From positions 480,996,001 to 481,060,000 of the forward strand of contig CM097882.1 in assembly GCA_044892505.1 (NCBI GenBank): a stretch of DNA of 64,000 nt, given 5' to 3'. Positions within the stretch are counted from its first letter, which is position 1. Each line of letters opens with the position of its first letter. Below, piece after piece: positions 54,060-64,000 of this stretch. This DNA is from Schmidtea nova. Taxonomy: Eukaryota. The notes beneath the pieces were generated by a model. The model made no database searches. It worked only from the letters and a program-made list of their open reading frames with translations, and was not told where the DNA came from. A program made the position numbers and the translations under genes.

Positions 54060-57000
54060 AGTGTTAAAAATGAATTTTTATCTAATAATGCCGAAATCTT
54101 TTCGCCAAATTTTCTAATAGAAGGTATTAGGAAATTAAATAATAAAATTGAAAATTTCACACAGATTGGTAGCGGCTGGATTGTAAATAAAATACGGGAA
54201 ATCCATTTTATTTTGACAAAGTATCCCACCATGAGTCGATAATCTGGTCATGGACATTTTAAAACCACTAAACCGTTATTAAATAAAAGAGCTATTATTA
54301 ATGTGGCAAATCCTGATAAGTTATGTTTTATATATAGTGTTTTGGCTATATTAAAACATGGCTCAATCAATAATAATCATTGTGTAACTTCAAGTTACAC
54401 TCCATATTTACATGATTTGGTTTTTGACCTAATAGAAAACTGTCCCATGAAATTATGTAACATCCCAAAATTTGAGAATAATAATCCAGGCTTAGCCATT
54501 AATGAATTCTCATACAACCCTATAGTAATTCCTAATTATAATATTGGTGTGAAAGCTGATGATTATGTTCCTCATCATCCCCACTTGTAAATAATACATC
54601 GAACAAAATTAAATAATTCTAACCCCTTTTATCTTTTATAATAAGAAAATGAGGACATTTACCATCATACTGTAGTCATTAATCTTCAAGGGTTAATGAA
54701 CTGTCAAAAAAATAACATAATTGAAGTAGGATTCAATCTTTAAGGTGTCACAGATGCTTAAACAGATTCCGCATCCAGGAAACCAAACAAACATTATAAT
54801 TTATGTAACAAAAATCAAGTGAGAACTACCCTTTATAGTTTACCCAAAAATAAGAATTTAGAATTTGGGGATTATTCAAAAACTGTAACCCCACCGTTTG
54901 TAATTTATGGAGACTTTGAGTCAATTTTATCAATTGACGCTAAATATCACCAAAAACATTTGCCGGTATCAGCAGGTCTATTACTAATAAATAATTTAAA
55001 TAATATTGGTCGCGCCCGCTTTTAAAATATTTTTAAAAATAATTAAATAATATTTAAAATAATTAATTGCGGGGCTTGATTGCTGTGAGAGATTGTGGAG
55101 CGAGCCTGAAGCCGTTAGACGGTCTTATCGAAATCGATATAAATCTTATATGTTTTTATTTATCAGTTACAATTTACAATCAACAAATGGATTTACGCCC
55201 CATTTATATGGCAGCTCAAGAAAATCATCGTGAAGTACTGACATTTCTCATCAACAACGGAGCCGATCAGACAATTACAACTGAAGATGGTTTTACTCCT
55301 TTTTTTACGCCGTTGCTCTCCAACAGGGCCACGAACGAATGGTAGCTCTTCTTTTAGAAAATTACAGCAGCAGACAGACTGACTGCAGAAATAACAACAA
55401 CGTTTGTGTGCGCGGTGGTGATAATTTAATGTGGTATAGAGTGTGCGCACACAGACGCGAGTGGTTCAATTTCTCTTGGAGTTGAAAAATAATCAATGGA
55501 AATTATGTTGGAATTATTTTAAAAACTTTAAGACTTATTTGTTGTTGTTTTACTGATTTAATTTCAGTAAAGGTTTTGGAGTTTTTTGATTTTAAATAAT
55601 TGATGGAGTGTAATTTAAAAGGTGATTTCGGATTGTTTTTGAAATTTTAAAATAAAGACTTTGTCTTTTTTGGATTATTGCCGTGTTGGATTTAAAAACG
55701 GTTTTGTGAATTTAAAGGAATTTTGAGATTGGGTCTTTGTCACATATTGTTCTGTTTTATCTGTGGCTTTTGGAATTAATAATGGATGAAAATAATTTTG
55801 TAATATTGTGGAATTAAATAAAGTCTTTGTGACTTGGGATTTTTGATTTATATTCAAATATGAATGGTGAAATGGAATCTGATCACAAGCTATATTCTGA
55901 TAGCGATTCAAATTATAGTTTATGGGAAAGTGCTGACTTTCTCAGTATCTTGGGAGTTCCCTTTATAAAGAGCCTGGATAAATCTGCTTGTTATGAAGAG
56001 AATCCTAATTCGAATGAGGTCAATGGAATCGAGAGCTCTTTTGTTAATAATTTAATTAATGTTTTGTCTTCGCGAGATTCAATCATTTCTGATAAAGTGC
56101 GATCGTCAGTAATTGTAGAAAAGCTACAATTTAATTCACCGATATCTGACAGTGATTATTGGTGCAAATTGAATGTTGGTCGAACACATTTTACAGAAAA
56201 GCTTCAAAATTCTCCAATATGTAAATCTTGTTATAATTTTCGAACAAACATTTTGTCCAACCCCAAACTTATGCTTGATGATATAGAAGATAGATCTGAA
56301 GGCAATGATATTAATAAAACTGATAAAATTGATAATATAAAATTGATGCTTGTAAATCGAAAAGATAATTTGATGAAATCTATCACTTCATTCCAATCTC
56401 AGTCGACAAATGGCCAAATTCGTATAAAGACAGACCATATCTGAAGCCATTAAACTGTTCAATGATCACATTGTCATATGATAAGAAGATGGATAAGCCA
56501 CTGTTATTCAAAACCGATCCAAGTGGATTTGTAGCTGGTAATCGAGCTGTTGCGGTCGGTGGAAAACAGTTGGAAGCTAAAAGATATTGGGAAAAGAAGC
56601 TTCGTAAAAATACAGGATTTTCAATTGATGAGGAAATCAATCGCTGCTGGACGCGGCGAACCAAATACTAAATCATATTTTAACTTCAGAGGTATTGAAT
56701 GCGTAATCCAATTTTTAAAGAAAGTTGAGAAAATAGCTGTCACAATTGTCCTACCATATTACGAAATTAATGGAAATGCATTAATAAGTACTTTATCTTT
56801 CTCGGAACAAGAATCTTTTAGGACTTGTTCTAATTGTTATCTTTGTAAAAAAACTATTAGAAATATAGTTAGAGATCATGACCACTTTTCAGGGAAATAT
56901 CTTGTAGCTGATTGCAGAATCTGCAATATTTCTAGGCGAATTCGTCAACATTTGCCTGTAATCTTTCATAATTTATGACCTATATCACATTTCATAATTT

Positions 57001-57790
57001 ATGACCTATATCACATTTTAAAGTATGTTCTGTCTGATTTCTCTTTATGGGAATTAGATATTATTCCGACAACAACAGATAAATTTATTTCTCTTATAGC
57101 TCATATTAATAAATTTGTTGTTAGGTTTATTGATAGTTATCAATTTGCAATAGTTTCCTTGGATAATGCGGTAAAAACGCTGTCCGTTTTTCCGTTTACA
57201 TCATCAGTTTTTACTGGCTCTGTCATGAATTGTAAGGGCATTTTTCCATTTAATTTTGCTACCAACCTTGAGATTTTAGAAACTACTTTTGAGTTGCCGT
57301 CAATTTGGATTTTTCTACAATTTATGATTTCACTATAGGCATTGTTGCTGGTGACACTGATTCGTTCTTTCTTGAGGTTAAAAGCTGTAAACTTACAACT
57401 CTTTTACCAGCTATGATATCAGATTGTCATTTAGAAACATTTAACTTTGATCACGACCATCACTTATATTTAAGACATCTTGACTCGTTATAGGTAAATT
57501 TAAGGATGAAAGTAAGGGTCGTGGATATAAGGAATGGGGTTTCTTACGTCCGTAATGTTATAGTCTTCTTGGTGATGTTGAATGCAATAAAGCTAAATGG
57601 GGGTCAAACTTAAAGGCACCAACATCAAGCATCGATCTTATATTGATTGCAATCTTAATAATAGGATTTTCACTTTACCACAAACTCGTATCGGAACCAA
57701 AAACCACCAGTTCTTAACTATAAAAAATAATAAGATTGCTCTTAACAATAACGATGATAAACGCCAATGGGTTGGGATAATTGACAGTCA
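54060..57790 (+). pseudogene. Fragmented Polinton/Maverick-type protein-primed DNA polymerase B relic, interrupted (~55020-56680) and internally deleted
   Basis: IENFTQIGSGW, INVANPDKLCFIYSVLA, PFVIYGDFESIL, VRDHDHFSGKY...C..CN (endonuclease VII-like), LPVIFHNL, RFIDSYQF, KGIFPF, AGDTDS (57347-57364), GKFKDE, KIALNNNDDKR; many stops and frameshifts. Confidence 0.8.
55167..55345 (+). pseudogene. Ankyrin (ANK1/2/3-like) exon fragment with two homopolymer frameshifts
   Basis: NLQSTNGFTP/IYMAAQENHREVLTFLINNGADQTITTEDGFTP/AVALQQGHERMVALLLEN matches ankyrin repeats 3-4. Confidence 0.7.
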
Positions 57791-59252
57791 TGCATTTGTA
57801 AATTATTTACGAATCAATGCCTGGGCTGATGACGATAATATTCCACACGAATAATTGCCAGAAGTAGAAATTTGTTATTTATATTTCCAAAAAATAAAAT
57901 TTAAGAATTTTTTTTAAATGTTATTATCAGAGTTTTTAAAATGTTTAAGATTTATTATTATTATCGTGGAGAAAAATCATGGTATTAAGCCGAAGCATAT
58001 AATAGAACAGCTCAATAAACTTGGGCACAAAGAGACCAAAACATAAAGAACCTGAAATAGATGAAAATGAAGTGGAAAACGTTGAACCTGCAAAAAACTC
58101 TACTGTTGAAAAATAAAATACTCACTAATTAATTTTTGTTTTAATTATTAGATGAAAATGTTGTATTTTGTTTAATATTTTTTTGAAAATGCTTAGAAAT
58201 TCTATTAGAAAAATAAAATATTAGAGAAAGGTTAACTAATTTTGGTTTAAAAAAAATTAAATTTGACAATTAAAAATTATATTTTGTTTAATAAAATAAA
58301 TTAATTTTGAAATATTTGATGGTAAAAAATTAAATTGTTAAAAAAATAATCATGATATTAGTATTATTCATTTTGTAGAATCAGTTTCTCAAATGACTCA
58401 CTTGACTAGAAATTAGCAATAATTTCGAATTCTTTCTCATAATAATACAGACAATTTATTATTACACACATTCATAAAATATCTACGCCTTACTTTTTAA
58501 TAATTTACATTTATATGAAATAAACAAAACTTAAGCTTTCATAAAAACATGAAAAACACAATTGACAAATTTTTTATTTATTGACATTAATTTGATCATT
58601 ATTTCCAAAAATTTATTCTGAAACAAAGAAATTTAACTTAACAAAAACTTGAAAACTTTATCTTGTAAATATATTTCAACGTAATATCTTCTCCAATCAG
58701 CAAAATTAGTAATTGTTTTTTGCTAATAAAAAATAAATTATTAATCACCAATTTGTGACTACAACAGAAAAGAGAATTTCATGCAGTAAAATTCGATCAA
58801 GTCTCTGAAAAAATGCGCACGCATACATACAATTGAAAATACACAATCACAAACATACACAAGGTGTATTCTTAAACAAATCAAAACTACAACTTGAATA
58901 AACTGAAAATTAAGCATGCAATTAAGATAAAAATGAATTTTTTATATAAAAATTAAGAATTGGAAACATAACCGGTAACAAATAAGCATCATAGATGTCC
59001 AATCAATCAATATATAGAATTAAATTTTTCCAAAAAAAAGAATTCACACAATTTATTTATTAATTAGCCCTTTGAACATTAATCAACACAAGAATAATTA
59101 TTATTACTACAAGCGGGTGATCAAGTAGAAATATACGAATATACAACCAATCAATGTCACGGACACAATCGATCAACAGATTCTATGCTAATTATAATTC
59201 TGGAAATGGAAAATTTAGAGTTGAAAATTGACAGTTCCTTTCATATTTATTT

Positions 59253-60582
59253 CTAAAACTCCTCAGGTTCATCATCTGGTGCAGCAAAACCTTCCTGGAT
59301 AATAATAAAAAATCATTGAAATCCCATCTCGTTTAGCAATATAAAATTTACTTCAGTAGCATACAGAATTTCGAGCACTTTAGCAATGACTGGATTTTTT
59401 TCACCGTCTTCTTGGCACAGCACCTCAATGTCTCTTAATTTGTTGAAATAGAAATCTCTTTCTCGCATAAGATTGTCGATTGTTGTTTTGTCGTCCTCAG
59501 CCTTTAGTAATATCAAATGTATAAATAGATAATATATATGATAATGTAACAATAAAAATATTCTTCATTAAATCATTTATTCAAAAATAATTGAATTGTT
59601 TTAGCAATAAAGTTAGAAAATAAAAAAACCGAATAAAATTCAGAGGAAATTCCCTTCTCCTTTATTCCAGGAAGCTGGTAAATGATTCAAGTATGAAATT
59701 AAAATTAGATGAGCGATATCCAATAGATTTTCAATGTTAAGTCGACGCCAGCTGTGAAACATTTTTTGATATTTTATGGATTTTATAACAATCTGCCACG
59801 TTCGCAATGTTCAAAGTGTGTACATATCTTTAATATTAATTTTTAAAAGTCCAACTCGTCAGATATTTTTGCCTGTCCAAGAAAGTAAGATATATCGATA
59901 TCATAATTTTATGAAGCTTTTCAAGAAGTGTGATTCTAGAAGACATGTAACACCTTTGATATGTAATCATTACATGAAAACATTTGAGTCATAACTAGTG
60001 CAAGATTTTTAAAAGTATTTTTTAAAATATTTTCACGAAAGTAATCAATAAAATTACATATTTATAAAATTTTCATATTAATTTCAAGAACAATTTCCTC
60101 CTTAGAAACACTATATATCATGACAGCCGTTATCAAATACACTAGATAAAGACTGTGCCGAAATATCATGTTAAAAAATATTACTGTGTACTATGGCACC
60201 TTTCGGGTTTCCGCGAGTCAAACTTCAACAGTTTTTAAAAAAATACAAGCCCACCCTAGCCACTTAATATAATGCAAGAATGTGAGACATATGAATGATG
60301 AGTACATACTATTAATGAGTAAAATACGTTAATTTTATGTAATTTTTTTTTCAATAAAAAATATTTTTTATTATTTGTAAAATACATAAAGTAAAGTACC
60401 TATAACTAGCATTGATTTAGTTTGAATATTATTTTAAGATATATTTTTATATGTGCTACGTGAATCGACAAAGTTTGAAAACCACTGATCAAAATTAATA
60501 TGAAAATAATTGAATAAAAAAAGATAAAAGGTGAAACCAAAAGATAATTGCATGATATTTATAAAAGTTTTTATAAAGAATA

Positions 60583-60619
<37 letters not shown>

Positions 60620-63371
60620 TGTATAAAATTTATTGATTTACTAAAAAAATGATTCATTTTTATGCAATATCTGAAGTTTTATTATACATTCAATCCTGAT
60701 TCGTGAATAATTAACGTAACGTCGGCTGAAGGAATATAATTATGGTTTTTACAATGCAAAAAATTCAAAAATTCAATCGTGAATTTTTACAGCATTTATG
60801 CACATGGACTTATTACACAGCATTTATTACACATCCCTCGAGTAACAACAGATTCATGAATTATGGAAAAATCAATAATTTGATTACAAATTTGGCATTT
60901 ACTCAAGAATACATTCACTTAATATCGTACGAATTAATATATGTAAAATTATATTCCTACACATCAAAGTTTACATAATTCAATTTAATTTTTAGTTCAG
61001 AATTCTTTTCCAATAAAATTTTACATATTTTTAAAATTTTCCATTATCACAATTATTAGGAGAAAAAACACGATAAAGCGATCTACATTATGTTTAGAAA
61101 AAAATAGATTTAAATGTTGTTTAAAAATCAAAATGAGCAAATCAGTATTCGAATTATTCCATAATATCTTCAAGTATATAAGCATTAAATGCACCTAAGG
61201 TGGTATAACAATGTATTCACACAATAATATGTAGGTAGTTAAAGCATACGCTATAGCAGTATCAACAATATCGCCTAGTACAAGTCTAGTTCGATATATC
61301 TAGATCAAATGTGTCCAAAGATCATAGAATGTTGGCCGCGAAAAATGTTTAATCCAATTCACAAAACGAACCAACGGGCTTTTACCTATGGTGGTATTAT
61401 ATAAAGCCAGGAAAATGAGTTTGTTCTTTTAATACATTTGTTTTTATGTAAAAAATTCAATTCAAATTCGTTTAAATGTAAAGTTTTTACGTCCATTTTA
61501 ACAATGGCGTGCGATTTTTTCAGATTATATTGAACCAAGGCTACAATTGAACGACATATTGAATGTTATTAATTACAGGCATATTATTTTCAGAAAGAGA
61601 TATTAATTTTATTATTTTCGCTGCTTGTGTGTTTACGATGTGCGTATATTGTCGTTTTTTATTACAATTTAGGTTAAATTGAAAATCAATTTTTATTTTC
61701 TGAAAATAAATGTAACAAAATATTTTAATCACAATGGTAATGGCTGCACAAAAAGGGAAACTGTGGCACCATTGATCTTCAGTCTAAATTAATAAATAGA
61801 AATTTTAATGCAGATTATTTTGATTTTTTAAGAAAATAGATCAAAATATATCAAAGAAATTTCTATACTGCCGTTTTCGAGCGTTTATTTGATTTCTGAT
61901 GTTTATATCGGAAAATTTACAAATTTATTACCATAAACTAACAAAACATATATGCTGTAAAATATAAACAAATTGAAGTATGGTTATGAAATAATTACCA
62001 CACAATGGTAACAGCCGCACTTTTGACACCCTTGATCTAGATATTTACAAAGGTCATCCATAACCATATTAACAGCAAAGTATTAAACCAAAGGCATTTT
62101 ACAATCAAATTCCATGTTACGGTCTAAAAGTAGCTCATATATAATTTGAATTCTGATTGCTATTACAAATTCCATTTATACCACAGATCAAAACAATAAT
62201 AAAAACCAATGGCGCTTTTATAAACAAAACATATTTTATAAATATAAACTGTTACATAAATTTATATTTTTCAATGCTTTTATTTTCACATTTTACACCT
62301 CTGCTATGGCAGATTTTTAAAGTATTTTTGGAGCCATTACAGATTCACCCGTGAAAGCCCTTCCATATAAAGTACAAATGGTATGCTTTAAAATTTGTAA
62401 AAATAATATAAGTGTTTCATACAAAAGATTTGAAGTTTTATAAATTTTAATTGTTTCTATTTTCCCCGTAAATTTACAAGGAACATAAAACAAAAAACAA
62501 AAAACTCTATCGACTTAAACAAGAAGCTCAAAATAATAAAGTTACTAGAAAACATTGAGAATTATAAATATGATTCAGCATAAGATATGGATTGTCAAGA
62601 CCCAATTACCCTGAATACAGGAGAATGAATACACACAATGAAGCCAAATCTACACCAAAAACAGGGGATAAATACACACACACACATATATATATATATT
62701 GGTATACTAACAAGATTTTTGGTCTAGTGTTTATAAAAAATGAAAATCTTTGAAATAGAAGAGAAAATATGAAAGGTTATCAATGTAAAAGATTTTTAAT
62801 AAAAAAATTATTTATTGAAAGAAATTGATCCCTAAATGAATAACAGTCTTTAACACTTTGTCACCTAAAGGGTTCTTTTATATTCTGAACACTGTAAAAG
62901 AATATAAAAGAACCCTTTAGGTGACAAAGTATTAAAGAATGTTATTCATTTAGGGATCAATTTCTTTGATTAAATTATTTTTTTGTGTTGAATCGATCAG
63001 GAAAATCGATTTTGTGATTGTTGTTTAATTATTCAAATTCTAAAACCGCGATACAAGTTATTTTACCTGCGAATAAAACCTGGGAGGAAACCTTTGATAG
63101 AAAATTACTGCTGAAAATCCGGGTTGCATAAGAATATATATAAATATAAATTAGCACATGACCAAAATAATGCATAAATGAATCAAAATGTAAACAAAAC
63201 ATACTTGCAACGTCAAAGATTCAATTGCTTTTCGTAATTTATTAACTTCTGCTTGGTCTCCGCCATTGATTGTTACGGAATTGTGACTTCCGGCAGGTGA
63301 AATCTTGCTGTGCTGAGTTGGTTGTGCAGTGGGACGTGTCATAACAGGTTTATGAGCAGTTGATTGCTTGA
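59253..63371 (-). CDS. EB1: Host EB1/MAPRE microtubule plus-end protein, last three exons (63371-63205, 59501-59352, 59294-59253)
   Basis: Spliced ...SLTLQ|AEDDKTTIDNLMRERDFYFNKLRDIEVLCQ...ILYATE|EGFAAPDDEPEEF-stop: EBH domain and EEY/F tail; GT-AG junctions in phase. The CH domain lies beyond the window. Confidence 0.92.
62818..62967. repeat. Foldback inverted repeat (MITE-like) in the EB1 intron
   Basis: gaaattgatccctaaatgaataac...agggttcttttatattct / agaatataaaagaaccct...gttattcatttagggatcaatttc; arms of ~65-70 bp. Confidence 0.85.
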
Positions 63372-63905
63372 CTAAATTGTGCAGAGGTTTTGAATGTTTT
63401 TTTGTATTTTAGTAATCACTTTGTTATTAAATTAAATAATGTTTATTAGCGGGCTCAGGAGTGGGTACAATGAAAATTAAATTTTTATAACAGCTTAATT
63501 TAATTTAAGGAACAATATATCTGAAATTCTTTGCCAAACTTTTCATTCCGATGAATTCTTAAATATAGGGTGCTATTTTCCGCATTTAGTGCCCTCCAAT
63601 TGCGCCCACCCCCGCCCAAACACATAACAGGTTTATGAGCAGTTGATTGCTTGACTAAATTGTGCAGAGGTTTTGAATGTTTTTTTGTATTTTAGTAATC
63701 ACTTTGTTATTAAATTAAATAATGTTTATTAGCGGGCTCAGGAGTGGGTACAATGAAAATTAAATTTTTATAACAGCTTAATTTAATTTAAGGAACAATA
63801 TATCTGAAATTCTTTGCCAAACTTTTCATTCCGATGAATTCTTAAATATAGGGTGCTATTTTCCGCATTTAGTGCCCTCCAATTGCGCCCACCCCCGCCC
63901 AAACA
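63340..63905. repeat. 283-bp tandem duplication spanning an EB1 intron/exon boundary
   Basis: Units start CATAACAGG at 63340 and 63623. Confidence 0.92.
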
Positions 63906-64000
63906 CGAAAAAGATTAAAGTAAAATAAATTAATTAAAATGCGATACTCAATCATTTCGTTTTATTTATACTACTTGAATAGAATAACAGAAACTGAAAT

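Overview
AT-rich eukaryotic (animal-like) genomic window with short AT-rich introns and four assembly gaps. The dominant feature is an apparently intact, very young giant Ty3/gypsy LTR retroelement on the minus strand (16641-46415, 29.8 kb). It has 3114-bp TG...CA LTRs, an AAGT target-site duplication and a tRNA-Pro primer-binding site. One uninterrupted 5649-codon ORF encodes, in order: Gag (capsid, 3 CCHC knuckles), up to four ubiquitin-like domains, a Bcl-2-like domain, a chuvirus-type envelope glycoprotein, protease, RT, RNase H, integrase, ankyrin repeats and two FN3-type membrane-protein modules. The element also carries separate intronless genes for an IAP-type RING protein, a full-length TRAF, coiled-coil proteins, a small type-I membrane protein, and two ORFs inside each LTR. 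Six of these seven accessory ORFs have a TAG splice-acceptor-like site 0-3 nt before the ATG, in an operon-like layout. Together this looks like an enveloped, retrovirus-like element carrying a cell-death/TNF-NF-kB-modulating toolkit. Elsewhere: a 5'-truncated R2-like non-LTR element between two copies of a 15-bp minisatellite, relics of pogo, hAT, MULE and Polinton-type PolB elements, and parts of two host genes (SMAP-type ArfGAP and EB1/MAPRE). All domain calls are by eye from motifs; no database searches were run, and the host species cannot be named from the sequence.
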